Shown piece by piece: positions 20,654 through 36,637 of a stretch of 64,000 bases of DNA. The first letter of the stretch is position 1. Each line of letters starts with the position of its first letter. Source of the stretch: Octopus vulgaris. Taxonomy: Eukaryota. The notes below the pieces were generated by a model, which saw only the letters and a list, made by a program, of their open reading frames with translations, made no database searches and was not told where the DNA came from. The stretch spans positions 12,772,001 to 12,836,000 of the forward strand of contig OX597824.1 of NCBI GenBank assembly GCA_951406725.2. The letters are read 5' to 3'. Position numbers and translations under genes: made by a program.

Positions 20654-21902
20654 TAATATATAAAATATAAGCATACATACAAACATATATGTACGTACCT
20701 ACATCTACATGTATATATATACATGCATATATAAATATATATACGTGAGTATAAGACACCACAACTAGACGTAGAACTCAACGAGAAACGAAAACGGAAA
20801 AACCATTTTTTTTACAACAGAAAAACAGAGTACAGGACATACTACACAAGGAAAAATCCCCTTCATCAGCTGTCACTAGTTCGACTCTAGCGTGTTTCGA
20901 AGGCAAGACCGAACACGACTCGCCAAACTAATCCTTCCTGCGAGAGAAATAAAATAAAATTACCTCGCAGAGGGGTAAAAACAAGCAAGAAAAAATGTAA
21001 CACAAACAATACGTAAAAACGATACAAATAAAACTACAAAATAAAATACAAGATAAAAATACATGTAGAAGAAAATACAATACGAGAAAACAAACAAGAA
21101 AAACCAAACGAAAAGGCCTTTTTCTGGCTTAGACGGAGGAGATTCTGGCAGCGCATGGGAACACAAATGTGTGTCTTTGCAGTTTGAAGGTCGCGTGTAA
21201 AAGGAAGTAGTTTTGGCTAGCAGTGACAAAGATGAGGAGGAGAGAGAGAGAGAGAGATAGAGGAAGACAAGCGGCTGAGAGAGAGATGAGGAAGAGTGAG
21301 AGAGAGAGAGAGAAGGTAAGGTAAAGCAAAGAGATAAGGAATTTCGCGTCATAATCTCTATATCTTCTCTATATATAAAACTGAAATGCGTTTTTACCGC
21401 TTGGATCACTTTCAATGCCACTACATCCCGTCCGATTCGCTCCAAAATTTACAGGGACATGTAGAATGAGGTGACGAAGCTCGTGGGCTACCTTAGAAAT
21501 CCCTATCTTAAAAGGTGTGGTTGCTAGGGGCCATCTTCCTCACTCACGCTATTCCCTCCAATACCCTCTCACTCCTCTTCATCTATAACTTTGAGAAATC
21601 CACTACCGTTATTTAAAGTATCTGTCACTCTTGCTATTTCCTCTCTTTTTCACTCACTCTGTTTCTTAGCTTCCCATAACTTTTACTCACGTATCTGTCT
21701 GCATATATAGAGAGAAACAAATATTCCATCGCCATCGCCACCGCATTCTATTGTCTACCTGTCAACGCGCTCACTCTCGCTATTTCCTCTCTCTTTCACT
21801 CACTCTGTTTCCATCACGTCGGCATTCTTTGATGTATCTGTCTGTCACCAACAACACACGAGCATGAGAACAAATATTATGAATCAGATATTCTTGCGTT
21901 CA

Positions 21903-22108
21903 TTTATATAAATATGTATATATAATGTATGTGTGTGTGTGTGTGTGTGTTCTATAAATAAATATCTATATATAATGTATGTGTGTGTGTGTTCTATATA
22001 TAAATATGTATATATAATGTATGTGTGTGTGTGTGTGTTCTATATATAAATATGTATATATAATGTATGTGTGTGTGTGTGTGTTCTATATATAAATATG
22101 TATATATA
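21903..22108. repeat. Compound minisatellite, ~42-50 bp unit, 4-5 copies
   Basis: Repeats of tatataaatatgtatatataatgtat(gt)n-tc. Confidence 0.8.
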
Positions 22109-23244
22109 CAAAGTGTATATATCTGTATTTATGTATATTAAACTTTTTCATACTTTTTCATAGTTATATATATTTTTAAACAAATTATAAATATAATTTA
22201 ATAATGTTTATTTTCAATTTAAATAATTTAAATTTTTCAATTTTATATTTTATATATTTTCTATATTATATTTTTTTTAATGTTTTTGTTTTTGGTTTTT
22301 CACTTTTTGATTTGCCTATTAGTGGTTTTATCTCTAATTTAATTTATACAGATATATATCTAATTTGTATACATTTGTATATATAATGCGTGCACACACA
22401 CACACATATATATACATATATATATATAATGTGTGCATTACTTAGTCGGTCGATTCAGCTGAAAATATACACACCTATGTTAAAAGTGCTGGCAAGTTTA
22501 CATGACAACTATTTTTTTCCTCAAATGAAAGGCGTCACCTCTAGGACAAAATTCCTCATCTTATAAAATGTGGCCCCAGTAGACCCGAATGAAATCGGGT
22601 TATATTAACCAAAATGTGAAAAGGGGTCTAAATGGGGCTGGAAGGGGATTAAAATTTCAAGGAGCGGGTGTTTAGGAATTCTCTGTTACATCAAGCTAAA
22701 AAATTTGCGCCAGCCTTTAAATCGTCAATGTGTTGCCGTCCATGATGAAGGAGTTTTGAATGCTTGCCATCGTGAGTCTACTGTCGTGAGAAAGAATCAC
22801 ATCAAAACTTGGTGTTTACGAACTTTCTTTTACATCAAGTTCAAAATTTTACGCCAGCCGTTAAACTGTCAATACGTTGCTGCCCGTCGTTAAGAAATGC
22901 CAGCCATGGTGACTCTACTATCCTCAGATTCTATCCCTTCAAACTTTGGCTTCCAATATATTATTATTTTTATTCACCTCGCAAGTTCGTCTGTCCCTTT
23001 TAAATATTAGTGTTTTTCTGTCTTCCTTGAAGCAGACCTCCGTTGCCATTGCCTGATATTTATGAATGATCTTTCTAAATATTTTATTTCTCAACTTACT
23101 CAAGATCTTTTGTTGTTTATAAATGGGAGAGAAATAGATAAAGATAGAGAGTAAGAGAAGGCGAGGGAGAGTCCGAGAGAAAAGAAAAGTAAGAAAGTGG
23201 GAAAGTGAGAGAGAAAGGAGAGAGAAATAAAGAGGGAGAATCAC

Positions 23245-23551
23245 CATCATCATCATCGTTTAACGTCCGTTTTCCGTGTTAGCACGGGTTGGACAGTTTG
23301 ACAGGTGTCTGGGAAGCCAGGAGGCTGCACCAGGCTCCAGTCTGATCTGGCAGTGTTTCTACAGGTGGATGACCTTCCTAACGCCAACCACTCTGCGAGT
23401 GTAGTGGATGTTTATTTCGTGCCGCCGGCACAGGTGCCAAGTGGGCTCGCAGCGGCAACGATCGGTTGGAGCTTTTTACGTGCCACTGGCACCGAAGCCA
23501 GTCAAGGCGGCGCTTCAATCGGCCACGTTCGGATGGTGCTTTTTACGTGCT
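23245..23551 (-). mobile_element. Short RTE-related retroposon fragment with (GAT)n tail
   Basis: Minus strand ends ...aacggacgttaaacgatgatgatgatg. Internal tandem ttttacgtgccac-like motifs. Confidence 0.55.
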
Positions 23552-23617
23552 GAAAGGAAGCAACAGAAAGTAAAAACCACACTCTTAACCGCGCGTAGAG
23601 CGGGTCACCTTAAGCTA

Positions 23618-23755
<138 letters not shown>

Positions 23756-25050
23756 TGCATAACCATGGCTAAACTGACAAGCAGCATTTCTGAGGAGACT
23801 GATAGTTTTCTTTTTAAATGGAGTCTGCGGTAAAGAAAGTTTTCAGCGGGATAGCGAACTATTCTTCTTGTTTGAAGAATTGTTTTGTAGCCATGACTAA
23901 TTTTGGCAGTGCCTGCCATGGCGACCATTTGCGGATGTTTAGCTCACAGCATAGACGCACAGGTGTGTTGAGATAATGATGTTGCTAGCTGGAAAGACAT
24001 CTAATCACCTACTATCTTAAACACTCTTCTTATGGGTGTTATGTCCACGATTCAATAACAGCCGGAAGGAAATCTCTCTCTTACTTACTTGTAACATTTT
24101 CTTACTCACAGACCTGACAACTGATCTCTGAATGTATAGAATCTATATTTGCAAACTGTTATAAATTTTATCCAAAGCAATGGTGATTTAAGGCAGCATG
24201 GGTTTCATCGTGTTTTGTTCATTTGGGAATTAGTGACAGGGTTCGACACAGGACACATGAAAAAATACCCACTACAATTCTGCTTCATCTTTCAGTATTT
24301 GCTGTCATGCAAATCCTGCAACATTCTCTCCATGATCTCCAGAGCACGTTCGGCGTTATTGTACATTCGCTCCAGACAATCACCGAGCATCTAAGAAGCT
24401 TCACGCGGTCCTCTAATCCCTGCTAATTTTGCAATTCACTAAAACATTTTGTGTCGAGTCTACTGGAAACTTGAATGTAGATAAAACAATCACAAACTCA
24501 GAAAGGTCTATAACTGTATTATCTAAAGTAGGAACAGAAAGACATTGGTAAACAAAATACTTATACATAATGTCATTCTTGTTCCAGTAGGATCCCCAAG
24601 GAAGCACATACCAGTCCCATGTTGCTGAACCCTTTACAAAAATAAAAGAATAGAAAGCCTTTTGGTGTGCATTGCGACGATTTATATCAAAGTCTGAAAT
24701 TAGGTTAATAAAGAAAATTGTGACTCAAAGAAAATAAAATACTGGAGCTTTATTGATTAAATTAAACATTGCAATTATCGTAGGAATAGCTATTGTCTTA
24801 TCTATTTCTATCCTCTAAATTTTATGAAGTTTATGGGTAGATACTACTGCACAAATATTATGTATTGTAGCATGTAGGTCAATGTAGTACCACTAATGAA
24901 CAAAAATCTATGTAATTTCATTAAATACCATTTAAAAAATAACATTATTCTATAGGAATTTGATACCTTCGACATCAAAGTGATATACTTTCAACTGTAC
25001 AGCCAGTGAACTGTGAAGTGTTGTCCTCAAATATATAATACACATATATC

Positions 25051-26980
25051 TCACAATGGTATTGCACGGATATTATCATTCACTGGAACGTAAATAGTTC
25101 CCGATTGTTTGCCTTCCATTGTCATTGGTGTTTTGTCAGGACTTTCCAACTTAAATCTTTGTAAGATATTTGAAAAGGCCATGAAAGTTTCAATATTGGC
25201 TAGTGATATTCCAGCACATATTCTGGGACCTACAAATAAAACAGATGATATAAAATATATAGCATAATTAAATGTGATAGAATATAATAAAGTTTACATT
25301 TGGATAAAATATTATTAAATTTCTATTTTACAACGAATAAATTTAAATATCATAGCTCTTGTAATATTTCAGAGAATAAAATATTTCCTGAATTAAATTT
25401 TAAAAGAACTTTTATCAATAATGAAGATAACATAAAGAGGCAAAATTTTGCTAATAAAAGGATGATAAATCTTAAGTGAGCAAAAGACCAAACTTTCGTA
25501 CGAAAGTATAAAGAATTAATAAGAAGCAGTAGACTATTGCTATTTTATTGACCCTGAAGTGATGACTGCCACCGAAGAACGATTCGAAGCAGGAGGATGT
25601 AAGCTAACACATAAAGTTTTAGCTATGACCTAGCAAACCGACCACGTGTGATCCTTAAACAGTATACCTCAATCTCTAAATGACACATTGCGATTATAAA
25701 AAAAAGAAGTCACCATCAGTAACAAGATAATGTTATTGTCTTCCCTCCTGAATAGGTCTACCTTACTATTAAAATCTATTTACAATACTTACCCAAAGAG
25801 AAAGGCATGTAAGCCTCATTTTTCTTTAACTCATTATTTTCACCAATCCATCTTTCAGGTCGGAATTCCTCTGGTTTATCCCAATACTTCGGATCATAAT
25901 GAGCAGCCATTATATTGAATAGAACAATGGTATGTTTTGGAATATCATAACCTCCTAGTTTCGTGTCTACCGTAGAGGCATGTGGAAGAGTGAGTGTAAC
26001 TGGTAAAAGAAATTTTCTAAATATTAATAATGTCGAGATAAATGGTAATTTGATATAGGCTGTCATAGGAGAGTACGTTTGGTGATGTAACATTGTAGTA
26101 CAAGCTTATGGGATTATGTTGCTGTAAAACTGGGTTTCATGTTGGGAAGCTGACCAAATACATAGGTTTTTGCAGTCATTTTCGTACGTTTGTCATTCAA
26201 TTCGATTATTGGGTCATTCGAAAATCGCAAAATAAAAAAAATAAAAAATTGCAACATGAAGTTTGTCATTGAAATTTGGTTTCCGATCATTCAATTTCGC
26301 ACTACGATCAAAGAATTTAGCATTTATATCATTCAAATTAAAATACCCATCGAAAGCATTCAAATTAGTCGGAAAGGGAGGAAGCTGTTTTTTCGAGAAT
26401 TCAAATCCGTTTCATAGCAATCTATTTAACTAGTTTTGATTTTATCATAATCATGTTATCATAACCATTGCCGGGTCATAGTGCTAGTATTGAGATATGC
26501 ATAATATGTGTTGATGAGAAAAGTATATATTTCTTTGATTTTGCATTTTTTCTTTCATCGGGGAAAGGGTGTTATGTACACTAAGATAGCTATTGAATTA
26601 GTCTTGATTAGGAGAGTTCGTTTGAAAGGATTTAGCTGTTTATTTCCTTTGACCCTCCTTTGACAAAGGATCTAATAATTTGATATCGATATCATATGTG
26701 CGATGATTAATTTTTTTCTCTCTTTTGTGCTAAAATCATTTCATTATTGGACAAATTATAGAAAATATGGCGTGTGGAATAGCTTCCCTTTAGCAATAAA
26801 AGTTACGTCATTGCTTGCTTACCAACAGGAGCAATTCTCTGGACTTCAAGTAGAGTCGCTGCAACGTATGTCATGTGTCGTTTGTCTTGCATTGTGACTG
26901 GTCTATTCAGATCGGTGATCTGGAATTAACAATTCGTTACAATGAATATCTTTATTTTATTAATGCCATATATATATATT

Positions 26981-27024
<44 letters not shown>

Positions 27025-27411
27025 ATCCATTCATTCTTAATACGGTCTGGTAAATTCGGACATGGATATACTAATCACAGTTGCATTTCTGATTCAGAAA
27101 ACACATCCTTCCAAAGGAATGTGTGTCCACAATGTGCTCTATTCATGATGGAAACGGGAAATTGAGACCCTGCAAAGTTTCTGCCTGGTTGTGTCTCTTC
27201 TGTCAAAGCCAACTCTAAATCGATGATCTCGTCAAAAAAACTGGGTCTTATTTATGGAATTAATTGTTCTCAGCCGGCGAAATACGACAGCGATTAGCAT
27301 TTTTATGTTTGAATCTGACGCAACGACTTATGGATTCCAATGTGTGTCATTTTATTTGCATATATACATGTTTGTGTACGTATATACATATCTATGTATA
27401 TGCATATGTAT

Positions 27412-27462
<51 letters not shown>

Positions 27463-27876
27463 TATATGTGTGTAGCGTGCATTCGCACATGTCACGGGTA
27501 AACTCACGAAACTCTGAAACCTTGAGTCAAACTGTTATTTCTGCTAAGTATATATATATACATAAGTGTTAAGATACTTACTACGCAATTTTATAAGCAC
27601 GCATTGCAATATTTTTTAATAAAAATAAAAATAAATTAGACATATAAATGAAAGAATCTGATATTTTACCTTCTCGATTTCTGCTCGACATTTGTCCTGT
27701 ATATCAGGATATTTGGCCATATATACATAAAAACCCAGTTAACAACGCTAGATGTTGTGTCCGATCCAGCCGTAAAAAGATCCATAATCGCCTGGAAAAT
27801 ATTCGCTTCTGCAACAGTAGGAAAAATATTTAAAGATAAAAAACTTGATAACTGTGTAAACCGAAACAATAAAAAG

Positions 27877-27908
<32 letters not shown>

Positions 27909-28842
27909 TGTATGTATGTATGTATGTATGTATGTATGTATGTATGTATGTATGTACGAGGCGGTACCAAAATGTTTGCAGAGTAGTTATGTTTAATAAA
28001 GTATCCTTTACCTAAGTTTCAACATCATCACCTTCAAAATAGTCACCTAGTGCAGCAAGGTACCAGTCCCAGCGTTACTGTTACGTTTGGAATCCGTCTT
28101 CAAAGTCGTTTTTTGTTAGCGAGTCGAGGACCTTCTGTGGTTCTTCTCGATCTCGACAAGTGTTAAAACGGTGACATTTGAGCTGTATTTTCATCTTGGG
28201 AAAGAGATGGAAGTCCGCCGGTTCTGAATCTCGTGAGTTTGGTGAGAAACTCACGCAAGAGGAGAGTCCGGCGACAGGGTGCGGTGTCATCGCGATGAAT
28301 TCAATACTTTGTGCTCGGTTGCTTTCGCCGAATGTCCTCTCTTAAACGCTTCAAAACATCACAGTAAAACTCTCAATTAATTGTCTGACCCTGGGTGAGG
28401 AGTTCTCAAAGCACTATACCATAATTCCAGGGGTGACGCTCTCATCGTCTTCCACTTTTGAAGCGCCCTTGCCACTCAAAGCAGTACGTACGACCCATTA
28501 CTTCATTGCCATAAACTTGCTGAAGCATTCTGAATGTCTCTGTAGTAGACTTCCCAAGTTTAATGCAAAAAAATCTCGATGGCTATTTGTTCCAACTCCC
28601 TATCCATGACAAACGTGCAGAGTACATCATATACAGGCTCACAAAAACACGAATTTCTCAACTCACGAAGTAAACACAGTTTACTTCACCAGGTTGTGTG
28701 CGGAATGACACACAACCTGGTGAAGGTTACTGCTGTCAAGATGCAAGCAACCATGTGCTGCCAGCTATTGGTATGCTATAGTATAGTCCAGGAACTTTCT
28801 GATATCAACGAGTATATTTATATGTAAATTCTACAGAGGAGG

Positions 28843-28878
<36 letters not shown>

Positions 28879-31782
28879 ACACGCTAGGAGGGACTCTTAA
28901 AGTCAAAACTAGCAAAATAAATAAACACATCGTACCAAGTGCAACTCTCAAAGCAAGTCATTTAAAAACAGAATTTAGCTGCATATCACCGTGATTTCAT
29001 AATTAGTAATGCACTTTTTACTCCTCAGTGCAAGCATAATTCAAGATTTATAACGAATGAACAAAATCAACATACCAGACGAACAACCGATGTATCCAAC
29101 GTAGCATATAGAAATGCTCACCTTTTATACATCTATGTAAATGGCAGGCTTTTTCGAATTGCATTTCGGTTACAACTTGCTTATTCGGAATAAAAATTCA
29201 GTAATGAGTATACTCCGGGTAAATTTACAATTTAAAAATAGGATAAAATCTTTATAAGAATTTATTAAGTAGTTTAGCGCGAAAAACCTCATAAGAGAAA
29301 AAATCTACCACCTTTTTCACTTAAATATATTTATTTATATTATATAGAGGGCATTATTATACATAAATGCCACACGCTAGGAGGGACTCTGAAAGTCAAA
29401 ATTACCAAAATAAATAAAGAAGAAAAAGAAGCATAACAGTTCTTGTAACTCACCAGATAAAGATTCACTGTTTGGTTCCCTCTCTAGTGTAAGTAAGTAT
29501 ACGTCAACGAAATCTCTTATGTCACCAACATTAAATGTTTCTTTATGTTCCCTGATTTTCTCTTTTATATAACTTCGGATCTTGTTGTTGTTCTTGATAA
29601 TTTGTTCTAGCTATAAGGAAAAAAATTAGCATCGGTGGCCTATGTGTCCAACTAAAAGTTTTATAGTATTTTGTTTTCATCTACAGTCATCAACGTTCTA
29701 CGCTGGAATGGAATTTTCTCATTTTGTAGGCAATAAAATAAACGTAATTGTTATACTAAGCCAAATCAATCAGCTATACTCATTAATTAACACAAATTGT
29801 ATCTACGTTTTTCTTTAGCCACATTTCTAAAAGAGAATATTATTTACACGCATAACTGTCTTTATAATTAAAATATTTTCCTAAACAAATTGTTTTGTGT
29901 AAGTATAAATTCTGATGAATTATATAAATATATATGTGGGTATTTATTACAGGCAAACGTTACTATTGTCTTCATCATAGGCCCAAATTCAAGGAGAATT
30001 AGTGATATTTTATCAGGCATAGAGGAAACTTAGCTTGCAGGTGAGGTGTAAATATGTAAAGGTAAATCAACATAACTGAGAAAATTATCAGCATCGAAGG
30101 CATCTAAGTACGAAATAATTTTATGATATGAAAGGCAAATTCTGGTACTATATTGTTCTGGCAATTTTCCTCTGACTCATTGAGTCCTCATAATAAGGAT
30201 ATAATGGAGTTTTGAGTTTATCGAAGCTATATTTCCTTGCTTCAGCACCTGATTTAATGATATTCAAATTTGAATAGGAAGTGTTTATACTTACGGGAGA
30301 ATTCCATCGGAAAAATCTCAGGAATGGAAAGAAATTCTCTGGCATGAATACATTTGTATTGTTTAAGAAAAATCGTAAGTCATCAGCTATTTCCTGAAAC
30401 TCTGGCTCACCGAATCTGATCCTTTAATTACGAAATATATGATATAACATAACATAATATAATATATATATATACACGTATACATGCATGCTAATATACA
30501 ATGCATCCATAATAAATGCATACTATTTATGTTGACTTTTACTAACCTTTCACCAAATATTATATAATACACAATACTCAAAGAGAAATGTGCCAGTGGG
30601 TCTTTCAGAGAAAACGGTTTACCATTGTGAGATTGAAAAGCATCGGCTAAAGTCTGGATTTCCAAATATATATTCTCTTCTAGCTTTTTTTTGCCCATTC
30701 CTAAATCTCGGAGTGTTGAAATAGTAAACTTTTTCAAGTCCTTCCATTCTTTTCCAGTGTTAAAGGGGATTCCTAAAACAATAGAGAAGATAAAAAAAAA
30801 CATAAGTACTGTCTCCTCTCTATAAGAGCCATGTGCTCAACAAAAGAAACAAGGACGTTGGTGGAGGTTTGGGCTGTCTGACTACTCTGTTATTAGTATG
30901 TATATACATTTAAGATGTGTGATAATAGAATGAACATTGCATATATTTCTGAAGTAGTATGCTCGAATAAATAAAGATAAGACAAGTTGTTTGTACCTAA
31001 CAAATACAACAAAGAATCCAACAGAAATACGGAATTCCCTTCGTCCACTATCGAATTGCCGTTAACAAGAAAAAGCTTTTGCAAAACAGAACATAAAGCA
31101 TCAAAGTAAATTGGTGCCATTCAGGTATAAAAGTATCAATACAACAAATTATAGTCGGAAATATCGCTAAGAGGAATGAAATATATAGTGGTAATATGCT
31201 TGCACAATTTCCTTTGAAAAACTGGGAAGAGATCGAGTAGACAGTTGTTCGACCAACGAGACCCCGAGATGAGAAACAAAGAAGTATAGAGTAAAATCGT
31301 TAGAGAAAATAGAGAAATGTAGAAGCAGAATTGAATTCTGTGTTGTAGAAACGGGGGAAATGCAAAGGGGAGGAAATAAAAGCGATGACATTTGTTGACA
31401 TAAATGACTGACCTTTCTTTTGGAATAATGTATTCGGTCCGTACATCCAGAAGGGTCTTCCTTTGAATTCATCTCCTTTCTTTACCAATCCTTCTAAAAT
31501 CCACTCTGTTTTGCATACAAACACGGAGGTTTCAGAACCAAAATTGAGTCTAAAGATATATCCAAATTGTTTTCGAAGTTCCTTCATCTTTAAATTAATG
31601 TCTGTGGTTGTAGCCAACTGAGGAATATTTCCTATAATTGGAAAGGCTATTGGACCCGGGGGTAAATTGTAATTATATTTCGATCTAGTTATAAGCCATC
31701 GTACAAGTAATAAAGTGATGAATCCAATCAGAAGAATTTGTACATTAATAGCTTCTACAAAATACGATGCTGAAAAATCCAT
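25051..31782 (-). pseudogene. Cytochrome P450 copy B, 8 exons, +2 frameshift in exon 5
   Basis: Exons 31782-31413, 30772-30547, 30421-30295, 29610-29454, 27808-27670, 26919-26823, 25999-25793, 25229-25051. Motifs PPGP, AGSDTT, EVQR (ExxR), PERW and FSLGPRICAG (heme Cys). Exon 5 is 139 nt versus 137 in A and C, giving a TGA early in exon 6. Could be an intact gene with a consensus error. Confidence 0.85.
27955..28815 (-). mobile_element. Degenerate mariner remnant, intron 4 of copy B
   Basis: Paralogous to 2411-3215. Imperfect TIRs tacgaggcggtaccaaaatgtt and ggaactttctgatatcaacgagta. ORF fragment PADFHLFPKMKIQLKCHRF. Confidence 0.75.
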
Positions 31783-33720
31783 AATCCTATGTTATTGTTG
31801 CAATAATGTATCAATATTTTCGTTAAGAGCCCAACCTTCTTTGGGACGAGTGTAGTTTACTTCCTATACACAATTCTGTGCAGATAATAAAATAGTTATG
31901 CTTGAAGTCAACCGAATATAATTATGTTAGTGGTTTTGCAACAGAGTTGCATACAAAATCTGTGTCTATAATAGAGGTCACTTTAAATTGAAGCGCATAA
32001 ATATTAAGTTCACTATATACTCATGTTGTTCTCCCGCCTACAGTTTAGCTGGAATAGACTATCAATCTATTAATATCACCAAGTAACTACTTCTTTACAA
32101 TAACTTTTTGTTGGTGTTATATAGTTGCAAGTCAGACTTAATTAGACAGACATAACATAGGGACGTAGTTTGACATACTGCATGTCATATGTGAGGAGAT
32201 TTTGCAGGTCCAGTGTCAGACTAAATTTGTGGCAATACTATTTGGGTCCCGCGTTTTCAAAGACCTTACTTTAAATATGAATAATCTATCCATTCCAAAT
32301 CAGTGACTCTGTGCATCATCAACAACAAGAACAACAAAATCAGTAAATGCTGGATGAACACCAATGCCAGCAGCAACTACAACACCAGCAACGACGGCAA
32401 CAGTAACACCAACAATACCAACATCTGCAGCAGATGCACCGGCACCGCTTTCAAAAGCAGAAAGAATAAGAACGGGTACAGACCATATCCATTGGTTTTC
32501 CTAGCGGAGCGCTCTCTCACTCACTCCTCCTCTAAGTCTCCTCTAAACTCAAATATATACATTGACTTGTACCTTAGTTCCACAGATAAGGTTACCTCTG
32601 CATAACGCAGTGAGAATGAAGGGGCACCCCAAAAACCAAATAAGAAAATAAATTAGAGCACAATAAACTTCATGCCCCACACCAAAAACATGGAAAGCAC
32701 AGCCACAATATTTACAGACACGCCTACCTCAAACACCCTAGCACCACAAGAGATCCACCGCTATCACAACCATTACTCCCACAAATGCAACAACCTAGAG
32801 AAAGAAAATACCCTCAACAGCAACAAACACTAAACATAACCACAAAACTTTGTGCTAGTGAGGAGGACGAACAAAGAACTGAGGCTCTCATAGCACGAAG
32901 GGATGACATCGAGTCAGGTGTGACCTTCGGCACCAGCACCGTTCAGATGCAAACCTTACGACGTGTAAAAGCTACGATTAGGCTTTTAAGTGAGGCTCCC
33001 GAAGGAACTTCTTCGGTTGAACCTCTTGAACTTCGGTTGAATCACCTTGCCCGGAAGGCACGTCCCGCTTTCTCTCTTCTACAAACGGTTTCCTGTCATC
33101 GTGGTGGGTTTAACAGTGGTTTGTAGAGTTTAACAGTGGTTCGTGGGCTGGAAGCAAGGTCGCTGCTCAACGCCCTCGGGCCATTATCTATGTACGTCAC
33201 GGCCGTCAGTGACAGCATGTTTTCTAAAATATTCACTACGTCAACTCGTGTGCGTTTCTAACTTTAAAGGTTCCGCTCCGTTTAAAGATAAAAACTATCG
33301 TAAACAATAAAAAAGTAAATATGTAAAGTATTATTACTTTTAAAAACAGTAATAATGAAGTGGCTCGCTAGACTTCTACCTAAAAAGGTATAATATAAAA
33401 TATTTGAAGAAAAGAAAGGCAAAGATACTGCTTGCTAAAAATCAAAGCGAAAGCTTCAAAAAACCACCAATTCTACTACAAATACACACACGAGCAATGT
33501 AATGAATATTTTTAAAAATAGGCCCACCTTCAGGATGGAATATGAAGGCAGCTAATACTTATCCCAATATCAATATCAATATATATATATGTATAACTTA
33601 AATTATTTAAATAATTTCTTTTTTTTAGCTTTTATATTTTTATATTAATTTTATGTAGTGGCTTATGTTTTTCACTGTTTGATTTGCCTAATAGTGGTTT
33701 TATCTCTAATTTAATATAAT

Positions 33721-33774
<54 letters not shown>

Positions 33775-34139
33775 ATATTTCGGAATGGTCATTTTGCCAG
33801 TTTAGCCAATAAAAACACACGCACTATATATTTGGTGTTACTTTGCTTCAGTGTGATTTATTTTTTACATTAATCTTAATCTTATTTCGGCCAGAGTTCT
33901 TTCGTCAGACTCCTGTGACCGCATCAGTGGTCCTTTGTTTGTTTTCTTCTTACTTATTTGTGTCTCTCCTTACTAACCGTCAGCCATTTTGTATTTCTAT
34001 TGTATGTCTTCATTTGCGCATGCTTATATCTCTATGTGCGTTTATGTTTATTTAGTGTGTGTATGTGGGGGATGCCTGTAATATTTGTATCTTCTGTTTA
34101 TATACATTCATGTAATTTGTAATTTTATATGTTCATGTA

Positions 34140-34660
<521 letters not shown>

Positions 34661-34937
34661 AAAAAAGTATAATTGGCAGGAGGACTTAAACGACATGCAA
34701 AGGTACATGAAGCCCAGTTACAACTGCAGCCGGCTATTACCGGTAAAGGCTTTAGTTACCAATTCTGTACAAGGCAGTGTAGATCTTTGGCTGGGCTAAA
34801 AAGTCACATTCGATCACAGCACCAATAACAGTTAAGCTTCGTGCAATGGCCATACTCGATAACGAGGGGGCAGCCATCATATATATGTGTATGTATATGT
34901 ATGTATATATGTGTATAGACACACACACACATATATT

Positions 34938-35150
34938 CTCTTTTCTCTTTCTCTTTTACTTGTTTCAGTCATTTGACTGCGGCCATACTGGAGCACCGCC
35001 TTTAGTCGAGCAAATCGACCCCGGGACTTATTCTTTGTAAGCCCAGAACTTATTATATCGGTCTCTTTTGCCGAACCGCTAAGTGACGGGGACGTAAACA
35101 CTCCAGCATCGGTTTTCATGCAATGCTAGGGGGACAAACACAGACACACA

Positions 35151-35197
<47 letters not shown>

Positions 35198-35359
35198 GAC
35201 ATGCTTCTTTCAGTTTCCGTCTACCAAATCAACTCACAAGGCATTGGTCGGCCCGGGGCTATAGCAGAAGACACTTGCCCAAGATGCCACACAGTGGGAC
35301 TGAACCCGGAACCATGTGGTTGGTTAGCAAGCTACTTACCACACAGCCACTCCTGCGCC
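34938..35359 (-). mobile_element. tRNA-derived SINE, paralog of 15255-15650
   Basis: Same sequence and same context. Confidence 0.85.
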
Positions 35360-35419
<60 letters not shown>

Positions 35420-35424
35420 CGCAG

Positions 35425-36597
35425 GAGTGTGGTTGCAAACTTGGAGTGTGGTTGCATGACTTCCTGAAAGATAGGAATCAGGCAGTAGTGGTTAATGGAG
35501 CCACCTCTATGAACACACAAATAGTGAGCGGTGTTCCACAGGGCGCTGTCTTGGGACCACTGCTTTTTATAGTGGCCCTATCAGATATGCCCTCAAATGC
35601 CCGGATAGCCACTCTGGCCAGCTATGCAGATGATACGAAAGTCTCGCAGAAAATACAGAACCCCAGCGATGTTGCACACCTGCAGCAGGAGTTGGACTCA
35701 ATCTACAGATGGGCTGAGGATAATAATATGCAGTTTAATGCTGAAAAATTCCAGGCCCTGCGCAACCAGCATCCAAAACTGAATATTAAACTTACAGGAT
35801 ACACCGGTCCACAGGGAATTTCAATCCCAGAGCCTAAGTCTGTGAGGGACCTGGGTATCGACATGAGTGATGATACCTCTTTCCAAGTGCACATTACCAG
35901 GATGGCGACTAAGTGCAGACGACTGCCTGGGTGGATCCTAAGAACATTCAGAACCAGAGATAAGGAAACCATGATGGTCCTCTGGCGGACATTCGTCCTC
36001 AGTCGCCTGGATTACTGCTCACAGCTATGGTCACCCACCAGTGTAAAATTAACAGCGGACCTTGAAGCAATCCAGAGAAGAATAACAAAGAAGATCGTCT
36101 CTTTGCAACAGCTCAGCTACTGGGAAAGGTTGAAACAGCTAAGACTCTACTCCCTGGAGAGAAGACGGGAGAGGTATGCAGTAATATATGTCTGAAAGAT
36201 CCTGGAAGGAATTGTGCCAAATTTTGGCATTGTAAGCTACACCAATGCTAGAACGGGACGACACTGCATAGTGCCAAAGATCCCAGCAATGCCATCACGC
36301 TTCAGGACAAGCTTCTGCAACAGCCTGGGTTTCAAGGGCCCACAGCTTTTTAATATTCTCCCAAAGAGTCTGAGGAACTTGCACAAACTAGATGTAGCAG
36401 TTTTTAAATCAAAGCTGGACATCTTCCTGTCAAGAGTCCCAGATGAACCTACCTCACGGCAAGAGGTGCAAATGAGAGTAGCTGTATCAAACTCCATTCT
36501 TCACCAAGTGCCACATATTAGTCGAGGTTTGTCGTAATAACAGTGTAGCACAAAACGGCGGTGCATCAGCATGACCGCAGCTCTGAGCTGAAACTAG

Positions 36598-36615
<18 letters not shown>
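35425..36615 (+). mobile_element. Paralogous LINE RT fragment
   Basis: ORFs 35446-36195 and 36214-36537. Shares one stop with the 15.7-kb copy and lacks the other two. Confidence 0.92.
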
Positions 36616-36637
<22 letters not shown>

